Origin: an uncultured delta proteobacterium
GTDB lineage: Bacteria; Desulfobacterota; WTBG01; CAIYCZ01
Length of the DNA: 64,000 bases
Assembly (NCBI GenBank): GCA_963803975.1
Contig: CAWDOY010000048.1
Coordinates: 57,642 to 121,641 of the forward strand
Direction: 5' to 3'
The translations under genes and the position numbers were made by a program. The notes under the pieces were generated by a model, which saw only the letters and a list, made by a program, of their open reading frames with translations, did not search any database and was not told where the DNA came from. Shown here piece after piece: positions 1-11,191 of this stretch; position 1 is the stretch's first letter; each line of letters starts with the position of its first letter.

Positions 1-549
1 GGTGCCGAGCTGAACAAACTGCTCAACTTCAGACGCAGGGAGTTCATTAAACGGGTCATCTTTGTGGCGGTGCCGCATCGCGGCAGCAAGATGTCCAAGG
101 AGCTGATCGGCCGCATCGGCCGCAGCCTGGTGAAACTGCCGGCGCTGATCGTCCAGAATCTTAATCAACTCCGCAGCCGTCTGGAAAAGTTCATCGAGCC
201 GCAGTCGCTCACGGCCCTGGTGTCTCCGGAACAGCTGAACAGCATTCGCGGCCTCTCCCCGGATAGCGCCCCGATTCAGGCGCTCTCCAGGATTGCGATT
301 GACCGCGGGGTGAAGTTTCATTCGATTATCGGCACGGAAAGCAAGACCGAAGACGGCGAGCCCTTCGACGGCGTGGTGACGTACTCAAGCGCTCACCTGG
401 AGGGTGCCGTATCTGAGCTGACAGTGCCCTGCGATCACTCAGCGCACACTAATCCGCTGGTCATTCTCGAGATTGAGCGCATTCTCAGGCTGCATCTGCG
501 CGAATACGAGGCGCGCACAGGAAAGAATGGGGGAAAACCTTTATCTTAA
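1..549 (+). CDS. alpha/beta hydrolase (esterase/lipase-like), C-terminal part; 5' end outside window
   Basis: Motifs FVAVPHRGS, HSIIG, DGVV..SS, CDHSAH typical of a/b hydrolase C-termini. Confidence 0.7.
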   Translation, partial: GAELNKLLNFRRREFIKRVIFVAVPHRGSKMSKELIGRIGRSLVKLPALIVQNLNQLRSRLEKFIEPQSLTALVSPEQLNSIRGLSPDSAPIQALSRIAIDRGVKFHSIIGTESKTEDGEPFDGVVTYSSAHLEGAVSELTVPCDHSAHTNPLVILEIERILRLHLREYEARTGKNGGKPLS

Positions 550-628
550 TAAAGTGTCTTTCAACAACTATGAAATGTCAAAATAAAGACCCGTACTCCA
601 CTCGCCCGTAATATACTATCAGCCTAAC

Positions 629-665
629 AAAAAGAGCAGGGCCATTAACTCGACTCTGCTCTTTT
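629..665. terminator. bidirectional intrinsic terminator
   Basis: aaaagagcag...ctgctctttt inverted repeat between convergent genes. Confidence 0.7.
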
Positions 666-765
666 TGTCTATAAAAATGATTGTCGATATTATTGTGGTT
701 GCTGACAAGTCACAAAAATTACAGACTTCTACTATTTGCCGCTTTATTTACCCCGCCTCATTAAA

Positions 766-1065
766 TTATTTATTAAATATACTAAAGAACTTATCAAGCC
801 CGCTCTTTTCCAGTTTTGCCACAGTGTTAAGTTCTCCCGCATCAAGCCAGATCCCTTCACATTCAGAACACTCATCTATCTTTATTCCTTTATAATCAAT
901 CTCTATCAGTTCCATTCCGCACTTGGGACATTGCATATAATGAAGTTTTTTCAGCCTTTGCTTTTCTTCTTCTGCAAGTCTCTTGTGCTTTTCTTCCTCA
1001 ATCTTCTTCTTTTTTTCAAACTCCATTCTTGCAATATACTCGTCCTCTGTTTTAGTTGGTATCAT
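766..1065 (-). CDS. zf-TFIIB zinc-ribbon domain protein
   Basis: CPKC-x16-CSEC followed by GIWLDAGEL; AGGAGG RBS upstream. Confidence 0.8.
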   Translation of the reverse strand: MIPTKTEDEYIARMEFEKKKKIEEEKHKRLAEEEKQRLKKLHYMQCPKCGMELIEIDYKGIKIDECSECEGIWLDAGELNTVAKLEKSGLDKFFSIFNK

Positions 1066-1236
1066 TGATAGTACCTCCTTGTTTTGTTAAAAAGGGATTT
1101 CAGGATATATGATGCTTATTTATGACTGTACATTACATTATCGCTTTTCTTCATTGAGCAGAACTTTATACAGCAATGAAAGAAATGTCAATGCGCCTTT
1201 ACCTGTGCAGACATTGTGTGGGAGATTAAAGGAATA

Positions 1237-1303
1237 AAACTGCAGACTATGTATCAACACCCTGCGAAGTCGTTCAAGTTAACTCACTTCAGACTATAAC
1301 ATG
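1237..1303 (-). repeat. dispersed intergenic repeat, copy F (distal part only)
   Basis: aaactgcagactatgtatca...ttaactc...cagactataacatg aligns with 2648-2716 and with 12440-12460. Confidence 0.75.
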
Positions 1304-1415
1304 ATGTATTCTTTGGGTCTGCGGAAAATAACACGACGATTGTAAAAATATAAAAAACAGGGGTAAATAGAATGAGGGCCCCTGCTTTTAATTGGTTTTT
1401 ATGTTGAGAACGCAT

Positions 1416-2472
1416 TTAGCCTCCGCCATCTCCCTCCATCCATGCATCAAGCAGTTTGTGGGCAACAGCCAGAACCACCGGACCGACGAAAAGTCCGATC
1501 AGCCCGAAAGACATCAGCCCGCCGACTACACCGATAAAAATAAGCAGCAGCGGCAAATCGGCGCCTCTTTTGATGAGAATCGGCCTCAGGACGTTGTCCA
1601 GTGTCCCGACAATGAGGGTGTAAACCAGAAGGAATATCCCCATGCCCGTGCTGCCGCTCCAGAAAAGCCACAGCGTGGCCAGTCCAAGCACCGGCACCAC
1701 GCCGATTTGGGAAATGGAAAGTATTAACATCACCGCCGTAAGGATGGCGGCAAACGGCACGCCGGCAATCAGCAGGCCCAGACCTCCCAACACCGACTGG
1801 GCCAGGGCCGTAACAACAATGCCCAACGACACGCCGCGCACGGCCTGACCGGCAAGCCGGACCGCATTTTCACCGTGCAGCCCTGCCAGACGACGCCCAA
1901 AACATAAAACACGATCGGCAGCTGCCTCGCCGTTGGCATACAGGATAGCGGCTATCAGCACCGTGAGTAAAAATTCCACCAGCAGTTTACCGAACCCGCC
2001 CACCTGGGCCACAAACCACTTGATTAAATCGCCGGCATAGGGACCGATCGTGGCGGCAATCTCCTGGATTCCTTCCCGGGCAGTCTTCTCCCAGACAGCC
2101 ACCAACTTGTCCGCCGATAAACGGCAGCTTGGCCACCCATGCCGGATGAGGGGGAATTTTAAACGTTTCGAACGCTTTGACCCAAACAATGATTTCGTCG
2201 GTATTGGAAATGATCGTGCCGATGGCCATTGAGAGCGGTACGACCAGTACGCACAGCAGAACGATCGTCATGACCGCAACCGCCAATGAGCGTTTGTGCC
2301 ACAGCCGATTCTGAAGCGTGATCATCAGGGGCCACGTTGCCACCACAATGGTTGTCGCCCAGACCGTAGCCCCCAGAAACGGCCGCAGAATCCATAAGCA
2401 TGACCCGATAAGGGCCACGATAAAAATTACGCTCAGCAAACTTCGCGTCAAATCATTATGCGCTTCGGTCAT
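1416..2472 (-). CDS. AI-2E family transporter (YdiK-like), frameshifted
   Basis: Overlapping ORFs 1987..2472 and 1416..2189 give the N- and C-halves; DNVLRP and GLIGLFVGPVVLA motifs. Confidence 0.85.
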
Positions 2473-2511
2473 GTTGCCATACTCCGGGCCGCTTGATAGG
2501 AATTCATTTTT

Positions 2512-2716
2512 ATTGATAGGAACTCGCTTTCGGATGAAGGAACTATAGGCCGCTGACTTATTGTGTGTCAATAAAAATTCCGCAGCAAGATATGAAGAGG
2601 GGTTAACCGGACAAATACCAACATCTCGTGGTGGGCATTAACCGCTGAAACTGCCGACTATGTATCATTTCTGCGAGAAGTCATTAAACATTAACTCGAT
2701 TGCAGACTATACCATG
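2512..2716 (-). promoter_or_regulatory. promoter-bearing repeat, copy A (TTGACA-18-TATAGT plus conserved leader)
   Basis: -35 at 2566-2571 and -10 at 2542-2547 on the minus strand; homologous to copies B-F. Confidence 0.8.
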
Positions 2717-2844
2717 CATGCTTAATAAAAGTATGAATGGGTTGCACAGATCTGGTCATGACGCTTCACAGCAGAAGTATTCTGTTTTTGTGAAGAACCG
2801 GTAACCTCCCGGCCAGGAACGCACTGCCGTGTCAGCCAGTGCGC

Positions 2845-3174
2845 TCACTCGACGTCAACCAGCACGTATTCGGTACCTGAAATCATGTAGTATTCCCCGT
2901 CGCATTCCCACAGGGTGGTGTCTTCTATTATGACCGTCGTGCAGTCAGGAGGCAGCGTATCAACGTAAGTGGAAGTTTCGACAATGCTGCGTCTCGCCGT
3001 GCGCCGCGCCACCCCTGCAACGCTCACCGGCGTTCGAGGACGCCCCACTCTGGCCTCGGCAGACGAGATGAGGCCGTGTACGCCGGGGATCGGGCGCTGC
3101 TCTCCAAGTTCGAGTGCAAAAGCGCCGATGATCCCGGCCATCAAGAAGATCCCTAATCGCTTAGACAAAGTCAT
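2845..3174 (-). CDS. small exported hypothetical protein, partner of DUF2092
   Basis: Signal-like N-terminus; ARVGRPRTPVSVAGVARRTARR motif; overlaps the DUF2092 stop. Confidence 0.7.
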   Translation of the reverse strand: MTLSKRLGIFLMAGIIGAFALELGEQRPIPGVHGLISSAEARVGRPRTPVSVAGVARRTARRSIVETSTYVDTLPPDCTTVIIEDTTLWECDGEYYMISGTEYVLVDVE

Positions 3175-3941
3175 TTTCTACCTCCTACCGCAAAGATATT
3201 AGGCAATTCATCAATGTCGGGGAGATCTGTCAGATCCATCTTTTTGGCGTTTGTTGTATTCTTGAAGCTAAAATTCTCGGACCCAACCTCGTTGCCGGTT
3301 TTCCAATCCCTGACCGTGATGCTGTATTGCGGCGCCTGCGCAACCCTGGTGCTGGTGATGACATAGCGGCAAGGATAGGGACGGCTTCCCTGAGCAATCC
3401 AGATCTCCCAGTCAACTTCTTTCGTTCGAAAGGCGAGGTGATCGCATTCGACGCCGCCGATCACGCCGGAGCCGAGGTCCTTTACGTTGACTACGGTAGC
3501 CATGAGTTTGCCGTAGACATTCGACACCAGTAAATCTGCGCCAGGCACGGGCCTCCCCTTTTTCCGCAACTCGTCGATCAGATGATCGATCGTGCCGGGC
3601 ACTGCGAGCTGACCATAGACGTTTGCTGTCTTGCCGAGCAGCGTAATTGTTTTCCCATCAAAAAGAAACTCGACATCTGCAAACCCGCCGGTGCGCGTGG
3701 CGCGAAGCTTGTCAGGCCGATTGAGCGTGGCTTTTCCCGAACTCGCCAGCCCGAGCTTCTGATGGTCTTTGGTGACAATCTCGAGGATGGTATCGTATTG
3801 GAACGATATGGCCTTCTGCGCAGCCAGGTAATCAGACATGGCCTTGAACAGCTTCCTGGCGTCTGCCTCATCGGCTCGCGCGTCTGAGGGTGCGCCCAAG
3901 CCAACTATCATGCACAACACCACGGCGGATAGGTTCGCCAC
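3171..3941 (-). CDS. DUF2092 domain periplasmic protein; true start probably ATG 3984 with a frameshift
   Basis: RPDKLR, PGADLL, ECDHLAFR, DWEIWI motifs; AAGGAG RBS before 3984. Confidence 0.85.
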   Translation of the reverse strand: MANLSAVVLCMIVGLGAPSDARADEADARKLFKAMSDYLAAQKAISFQYDTILEIVTKDHQKLGLASSGKATLNRPDKLRATRTGGFADVEFLFDGKTITLLGKTANVYGQLAVPGTIDHLIDELRKKGRPVPGADLLVSNVYGKLMATVVNVKDLGSGVIGGVECDHLAFRTKEVDWEIWIAQGSRPYPCRYVITSTRVAQAPQYSITVRDWKTGNEVGSENFSFKNTTNAKKMDLTDLPDIDELPNIFAVGGRK

Positions 3942-4018
3942 AGGAGAACTTGAGAAATTTACGGGCTGTCTTCTTCATCTGCATGCTCCTTTTTTGAAGG
4001 AACTTTTATTGATATAAT

Positions 4019-4115
4019 ATTGAGAGGAACTCCCTTTAGGATGAGGCAAGCATAAGACTGGAGTGGTTGTGTGTCAATAAAAAATCGGCGCGCGGTATGG
4101 GCAGGGTTGTTGTCG
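4019..4115 (-). promoter_or_regulatory. promoter-bearing repeat, copy B (TTGACA-17-TATGCT)
   Basis: -35 at 4072-4077, -10 at 4049-4054; leader ATCCTAAAGGGAGTTCCTCTCAAT. Confidence 0.8.
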
Positions 4116-4297
4116 TGCACAGAAATCAAAAGCTTGTTGTGAAAGTGAAAAACAGAAAACTGCTTTCCTTTGACCTGCAACACAAAAGAAAAAATGAAAC
4201 ATTACCTGCTGATTAAGTCAAACCTTTATGCTATAAAAAGTTTCTTAAGAGCGATTTCAATCTTTTGACAAAACGCAACGCAATGAAAGGAGCTGTT

Positions 4298-5011
4298 ATG
4301 AAAAATGTATTCAAACTACTATCTGTTGCTTTAATCAGCCTGTGCCTGTTAATTGGCTGCGCCTCAACCGAGGTCACCAACCGCCAGCAGATTGTGACCG
4401 GGCAACTCCCAAAGCCCGCTAACATCTGGGTGTACGACTTTGCCGCCACGCCCGCCAATGTTCCGGCTGACTCCTCGCTTGCCGGCCAGTATTCTGCACC
4501 CCCAACCCCCCAAACAGCCGAGCAGATTGCTGCCGGCCGTAAGGTAGGCGCTGAAATTGCGGCGCAGCTGGTCGAGCAGATCCAGGGCATGGGACTGCCA
4601 GCAAAACGGGCTGCGATTCGAACGAAGCCGCAAATCAACGATATTGTGATCCGGGGCTATCTCCTCTCAGTTAATGAGGGCAGTGCCGGAAAGCGCGTCA
4701 CAATCGGATTTAGCACCGGGGCGTCCGAGTTGAAGACAGCGGTCGAAGGCTTTCAAATGACAAAGAAGGGACTGCGGAAACTTGGTTCCGGCACCGTGGA
4801 TACCGGCGGAAGTAAGGGCCCGGGTATGGCAGCACCTGCTGCCATCGCCATTGCGAGCGGCAATCCCGTTGGCCTTATCGTCAGCGGCGGGATGAAATTG
4901 TATGGAGAAAAAAGCGGCAGCAGTAAGATTGAGGGCAGAGTCAAACAGACGGTCAAGGAGATCACCGACCAGCTCAGACAGAGATTCGAGGAACAGGGCT
5001 GGATCAATTAA
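4298..5011 (+). CDS. DUF4410 domain lipoprotein
   Basis: Lipobox LIGC; VYDF and EGSAGKRVTIGF motifs. Confidence 0.75.
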   Translation: MKNVFKLLSVALISLCLLIGCASTEVTNRQQIVTGQLPKPANIWVYDFAATPANVPADSSLAGQYSAPPTPQTAEQIAAGRKVGAEIAAQLVEQIQGMGLPAKRAAIRTKPQINDIVIRGYLLSVNEGSAGKRVTIGFSTGASELKTAVEGFQMTKKGLRKLGSGTVDTGGSKGPGMAAPAAIAIASGNPVGLIVSGGMKLYGEKSGSSKIEGRVKQTVKEITDQLRQRFEEQGWIN

Positions 5012-5087
5012 TTCTTTTTTTGATATACTTTTATAAAGGAGAGCCAAATACCAACAGTTTGGGCGCTGAGCGCCTTTTGTAAGGTTC

Positions 5088-6178
5088 CTATCCGGTAGGA
5101 ATCGTTACGATGGGAGCAGTCCCTTTTTCTCCGGTCTCCACCAGGGTGAAGACAAACATCAAAAAGGAAAAGATTTTCTTGGACATCAAAGTCCCGGTCG
5201 TCGATCCAGAAATAGGAGTTTCGATAGGGGATCGAAACAAAGGCATCAGCGGGCTTTCCCGGTGAGCTGTGAATCGCGGATCAAGGGGCGGATTTTTTCA
5301 CCCGCAGCTGTTTCCGCGAAAGTAGGGGACACCCGTTTTTCCTTCACATCGGAGGCAGGGACTTCGATATCCGTTGACATATCGACGAGGACTTCCAGTA
5401 TCGACCGGGTCAGGATCGCGATCTCGGTATCATCCCGGGGAACGCTTCCATACACCACTTTAAACGCATCGGCCTCAGTGGCCAAACCCAGCGTCTTCCG
5501 AACCTTTATACCCAGCGCCTTTGTTTCCGGATCCCGCTTTCCCAGGATAATCGTCAAAGCTGTTTCTTCCTTGTCCACTTTTTTGAATCTCATCCCGATG
5601 CCCCCGGCCAGCTGGATCTTCCGCATGTTATCAAGCAGGGTATAAAATTCAGGGTCAGCGGACTGGGTCCTTGCTTCCCCGCCAAAGCGGTTCCGGATCC
5701 CGTTAACCTCATGGACCAGCAGCCGGAATACCATGTCCACCGGATAGCCGCCCTGGATAAGGCTGAGGATGGCGGAAGGAGGAATAGGGGACATCAGGCT
5801 GCGGGCAAATTTATCTCCGATGATGGGGGTGAACGTGATGGTCGGGCGGTCCACATATTGCCCGAATGCCCCCACGCTCTCGGAAGTGCTCCAGGGTTTG
5901 GTATTGATCGTTGAGCCCAGATTAACCTGTCCCGCAACCTGGTACTGGCTGATCACCGAAGAGACGTCCATGAAAACCGGGGCATCGCCATAGCGGATTT
6001 TGACCATGTTAAAGAGCATCTGGCGCTTCCACGAATCGGAAATGGCCTCCGTGTAATCGAACCGGTCACGCGATACGGTTTGCGGGCCGATGCCCGCGCA
6101 CCCTGCGAGCAAAAGAATCACGAGACCTGATAACAGATAAGCAAAGGTCTTCATGCCCTGTATCTGTACACGTGCCAT
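5088..6178 (-). CDS. conserved hypothetical lipoprotein, C-terminal frameshift near 5270
   Basis: Lipobox LAGC; DRFDY...RYGDAPVF..DRPTITFTP; another frame continues to ...PIVTIPTG* at 5088. Confidence 0.75.
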
Positions 6179-6203
6179 ATTCCCTCCCGTCTGTGCATGC
6201 TTT

Positions 6204-7394
6204 TTATAGAAACGCCCCGGCTAACAGACTCAGCAGCTCTCCCACCGGCATAACCAGGAAAATGAGCGGCAGGCCGGGCAGGGACGCGAAAACCGCAATC
6301 TGGATGATATTCTGATTGCTGAAGGGAAACACCTTCATATCGCGGATCATCCCGAAGCTGTTTCCCAGGTCAGCCAGGGACTGGATGTCGCCGCTTCCCA
6401 GGAGCGGTTCGTCCTGCGGCGCCTGCCCTGCAATCCACTTCTGCTCGAAGGCATGGTTATAGGTGTTCACCAGTATGCTGTACTTGCGCAGTCCTTCCCG
6501 CCGCGTCCGGGCAAGCAGCGGGGTAAAAATCAGCAGGGGCCCGAGGCAGACAAGCTCGCTCAGGATCAAAAAAACCGCGTACAGGACTTTGAAATTGTCG
6601 ATAGGCACCGCATCGAAATAGACCTGGAAGGCCACATTTCCACTTAGAACTGCGGCAAAGGCAAAGGAAAAAATCCCCAGGGAGATATGGGCATTACCAA
6701 GAAATCCGAGCCCGGCAGCCCGGTCCGCATGGGTGGCCACCAGATTCAGATTCAGGCGGGACATATCGCGGAGGAACAGGGTCCAGATAATCAGCCGCCA
6801 GAGCCATCGAAAAAGAAAGAATACCACGATCGGCACAGCGAAATAGTAGTACCAGATCCCTGCCAGAGTCAATCCGAATCCACCATTCAGTGCGGCGGTG
6901 CTCCAGGTTACCGCGGCATTCACTCCGGAAAGAGCTTCAATGTTAAAGTACCGCACAGCGAACAGGGCAATGACGAAGATGACCAGTTCAGGCAGAAGCG
7001 CTTCACGCAGCCGCCGGACACGCATGACAGCCGCGTCTACTGCGGGGATATCCTCCGTCCGTACGAGGTTTGCCCGGAGAAAATGAAGCCCAGCTGTCCT
7101 TAGCCGCGGGCCGACAATGACCTCTGCCAGGAAGAGCAGCGGTATAGCGATGAAAAAACGCGCGTACGTGGCGAAGTCAAGTAAAAATGACTCACGTGGT
7201 GTCGGCCCGAGTGCCCGGCCCTCGATCAGTGTTAACACCAGAAGCGGGACCCAGGTGATCAGCAAAAAACAGACTATACGTCTCCCAATGCAAGGATCAT
7301 CTTTCTTAACCAGACCGAGCCGCTGCATGAGACGGTATACGGGACCACCCATTTCGAACTGCAGCTCAGCTTCACGCGCAAGGATAGTATCCAT
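6204..7394 (-). CDS. conserved hypothetical multi-pass membrane protein
   Basis: Long ORF with several hydrophobic segments; HADRAAGLGF and DIQSLADL motifs. Confidence 0.8.
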   Translation of the reverse strand: MDTILAREAELQFEMGGPVYRLMQRLGLVKKDDPCIGRRIVCFLLITWVPLLVLTLIEGRALGPTPRESFLLDFATYARFFIAIPLLFLAEVIVGPRLRTAGLHFLRANLVRTEDIPAVDAAVMRVRRLREALLPELVIFVIALFAVRYFNIEALSGVNAAVTWSTAALNGGFGLTLAGIWYYYFAVPIVVFFLFRWLWRLIIWTLFLRDMSRLNLNLVATHADRAAGLGFLGNAHISLGIFSFAFAAVLSGNVAFQVYFDAVPIDNFKVLYAVFLILSELVCLGPLLIFTPLLARTRREGLRKYSILVNTYNHAFEQKWIAGQAPQDEPLLGSGDIQSLADLGNSFGMIRDMKVFPFSNQNIIQIAVFASLPGLPLIFLVMPVGELLSLLAGAFL

Positions 7395-7636
7395 ATTATC
7401 TCCTGAGAGCACCTTTCACTCGTAGTTTGATTAGAAATACTGTTTCTGTCTGCAGCGATTTACCCGTAGATTTAAACTCTATATTATTATTGTGCCCTGG
7501 TTCAAGGAATATTTTAAATTAAAATTGCCAAGAGTATATGGACGCTGATTAAGAGTCCGACGATATTTTTGGCTCAGTTCATTAAGCCAGACCCATGTAT
7601 TGATTTCATAAATTATGGGATACAGAGGCCATGTCT

Positions 7637-10415
7637 TCATCTCTTTGACTCCCCGGTTTCCGAGGTGCCATTCGGAGACGCAGTCTGTTCCCCGCCCACT
7701 TGCTCCCTGAAGAGCCGACTTTGAGTTTTCGTGCGTTCAGTCTCAAGCGAGGCATTTGGCGTCAACACGCCCGAAAAAGTCCAGCAGCGGGGCGATCAGG
7801 CCGGTCCACCCCGTCTGGTGGCTGGCCCCGAGCCCGGCGCCGTTGTCGCCGTGGAAGTACTCATAAAAGAGGATCAGGTCACGCCAGTGCGGATCTTCCT
7901 GGAACTTGGCCGTCCCCCCATAGACCGGCCGTCTGCCCCTTGGCAGTCGCGCAGGAACGTGCCCGCCAGCCGGCGGGTAATCTCCTGCGCCACTTCGAAC
8001 AGCGTCATGTACCGGCCGGAACCGGTCGGACACTGAACCTTGAATTCGTCGCCGTAAAAACGGTACAGGTTTACCAGCGCCCGGACGATCAGCGTATTGA
8101 CCGGCATCCACACCGGACCACGCCAGTTGGAGTTCCCGCCGAACATCCCGGTATTTGATTCGCCCGGCAGGTACTGCACCTTGTACTCCTCATGACCCAC
8201 CCGGAACAAGAACGGATGGTCCAGGTGAACCCGCGAGAGGGAGCGGATCCCGTGCGGCCCGAGGAACTCATTCTCGTCGAGCAGGTAGCCCGAGCACCCG
8301 CGTGAGCTTCTTCTTGTTGAGGATCGACAGCAGCCGCCGATCTTTATAGCCGATGAAACCCTCGTCGGTCGGGGCCACATGGGCGACCAGATCGGGATGG
8401 CGTTTCCGGAACAGGGCGATCATCTCCGCCAGTTTCGGATAGCGCGTGACGGAATCTGCCTCGAATACCGTGGATGCGCAGAGCGGCAGCAGTCCCACCA
8501 GCGACCGTACCTTCAACCGCATGGCCTGGCCGTCCGGCAGCCGCAGCAGGTCGTAGAAGAACCCGTCCTGCTCGTCCCACATCTCGTCGTGATGCTCGCC
8601 GATGCGGTCCATGGCGTAGGCAATCCACATGAAATGCTGGACGAACTTGAAGGCGACCTCCTCGTACATCGGGTCGTATTCAGTCAGAATCAGGGCCATT
8701 TCCAGCATGCACTGGCAGTAGAACGCCATCCAGGCTGTCCCGTCGGCCTGCTCCAGTGAACCGCCCGTCGGAAGCTGCGCGCTCCGGTCGAAGACGCCGA
8801 TGTTGTCCAGCCCCAGAAAGCCCCCGGCGAAGACGTTGCGGCCGGCAGGGTCCTTCCGGTTCACCCACCAGTTGAAGTTCAGCATCAACCCCTGAAATGA
8901 GCGTTCCAGGAAACGCAGGTCCGCCCGGCCCAGCGTCTGCTCCATTTTGAACAGGCGAAGCGTTGCCCATGCATGGACCGGCGGATTCACGTCGCTGAAA
9001 TTCCACTCGTAGGCGGGAATCTGGCCGTTGGGGTGGAAATAGAGACTGCGCAGCATCAGCAGCAGCTGCTCCTTGGCGAAATCAAAATCCACCAGTGCCA
9101 GCGCCTGTGTGTGGAAGGCCAGGTCCCAGGCCGCATACCACGGATACTCCCACTTGTCCGGCATGGAGATGATGTCGGCGTTCAGCATGTGGAACCACTC
9201 CATGTTCCGAATGCCGCGCGGGGCTGAGTCGAGCAATGGGTGGCTGTGATGCTCTTCGAGCCATTTCTCCAGGTCGAAGTAGTAATACTGCTTGCTCCAG
9301 AGCATTCCGGCCAGCGCCTGGCGGTGCACCCGGCGCTCGTCTTCGCTCAGAGATTTCGGCGTGATCCTCTGGTAGAATTCGTCCGCGTCGGCGATGCGGC
9401 TTTTGAATGTCCCCTCAAAGCCGCTGAAGGCATTCTCCATTGGGACGGCTGAGAGCCGCAGGCGGACTGTCTGGCTGCCGCCGCCGGGCACTTCGAGCAC
9501 GTAGTGGGCCGCGGCCTTGGTCCCCGTCCTGGCGGGATTCACTGCCGCGCCCTGTCCCGAGATGATGTAAGCGTGGAACGCATCCTTGACATAGGGAGAA
9601 GCATTAGGCTGGTTCCAGAGACGCTGCGCATTGCTCTCATTCTCGGTGAAGAGCAGCTCCGCAGCTCCATCGCAATACAGCCAGTACTCACCCAGTTCAT
9701 GGTGTGAGGCTTGAATGGCACCCGGCCCCTTCTCGCGCAGGGAAGGCTTTCGATCGTCCTCACCCCACGACCACGTGTTCCGGAACCACAGCGTCGGCAA
9801 CAGGCGAAGCCGTGCCGCTTCCGGCCCGCGATTGTGAACGGTGATGCGGATGAGTACGTCTTCAGGGCCTTCCTTGGCATATTCCACGAACACGTCGAAA
9901 TAGCGGTCGTCGTCAAACACGCCCGTATCGAGCAGCTCGTACTCGAACTCCTCCCGCGACCGTCCCCGATTCCTCTCGATCAGGTCGCAATAGGGAAACT
10001 CCCGCTGCGGGTATTTGTACAGATACTTCATGTAGGAGTGGGTGGGAGTGCTGTCAATGTAGAAGTAGTACTCCTTCACGTCCTCCCCATGGTTCGCCTC
10101 GCTGTTGGTGAGCCCGTACAGGCGCTCCTTGAGGATGGGGTCGCGTTCGTTCCACAGAGCGAGGGCAAAGCACAGCTGTTGCTTATCATCGGAGATTCCC
10201 CCCAGCCCGTCTTCTCCCCAGCGGTAGGCCCGTGAGCGAGCCTGGTCATGGGTGAAGTAATTCCACGCGTCGCCACCTTCGCTGTAGTCCTCGCGGACCG
10301 TGCCCCACTGCCGCTCGCTCAAATAGGGCCCCCATTTCTTCCAGGGGATTCCCGCCTCGCGCGCGTCATTCAACCGCTTCTGTTCTGTTACGTCGATGAT
10401 TTTCTTCTCAGCCAT
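7637..10415 (-). CDS. MGH1-like glycoside hydrolase (GH63 glucosidase), frameshifted
   Basis: [68 protein letters not shown] spread over several frames. Confidence 0.9.
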
Positions 10416-10481
10416 GGTCTTCCTCCCTTCTTTTCTCCTGAGTTTTGTTAAAATAAAAATTAATCAGATTGTTCTCGTCCT

Positions 10482-11144
10482 TCATCCCCCCAGTGCCATG
10501 GTGATGCCCACCAGCACGCTGCCGAGCACAACCATCGCGAGACCGGTCAGCCACGGGCGGTATTCCGCAACGCGCCCAAACGCATAGCCGGTCAGGAACA
10601 GCAGGACGATGGCGATGGCATTCGAGACGCGCATGGCCCGCGCGACGTCATTCATGAAGATGAAGGGGATCGCCACCGGGAACGTGGTGAGGAACACCCA
10701 CAGGAACACTGCGAGCGCCCCCAGCCACTCGTCTTGCGCAGCCGCGGGTGCGATCGGCGGCTCGGGCAATTGAACCAGCTTTTGGCGCACGGTCTCATAT
10801 TCGGCGGGGCCGAGCGTGGCGGCTACCATCGGCGGCAGCGCGTCGGCAATGACGCGGTGCGCCTCCTCCGGGGCCGCTGCTTTTCGCAAGGCCCGCAACG
10901 TGCGAATGCCGCGTCCCTGGTCGCTCAGGCAGCCCATGAGATACAGGACGCCGTCGATGATTCCCCAGGCAAGATTGCAGCCGAGGGCGCCGATGAGCAT
11001 GGTGCGGACTTCGGCCCGGTCCGCCTCGGCGACACTGAGCGAGCCGGTGAAGGTGAGGACCATGATCAGGCCAAAGAGCACTTCCGAGATGCGCTCATTC
11101 GGTTCGAGCACGCGCTTGGAGGATTTGATGGATTCGTTAGGCAT
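10482..11144 (-). CDS. VIT1/CCC1 family membrane protein
   Basis: SEVLFGLIMVLTFTG, GCNLAWGIIDG and C-terminal ALGG motifs. Confidence 0.8.
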   Translation of the reverse strand: MPNESIKSSKRVLEPNERISEVLFGLIMVLTFTGSLSVAEADRAEVRTMLIGALGCNLAWGIIDGVLYLMGCLSDQGRGIRTLRALRKAAAPEEAHRVIADALPPMVAATLGPAEYETVRQKLVQLPEPPIAPAAAQDEWLGALAVFLWVFLTTFPVAIPFIFMNDVARAMRVSNAIAIVLLFLTGYAFGRVAEYRPWLTGLAMVVLGSVLVGITMALGG

Positions 11145-11191
11145 GGGCGGCGAGAGCTTGGTTTTTAGCTGCGCTTGATGAGACTGCCATT

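Noticed and set aside
7580..7610. Possible extra copy of the repeat's distal motif (gccagacccatgtattgatttc)
   Set aside because: Too short and too degenerate to support without a profile search.
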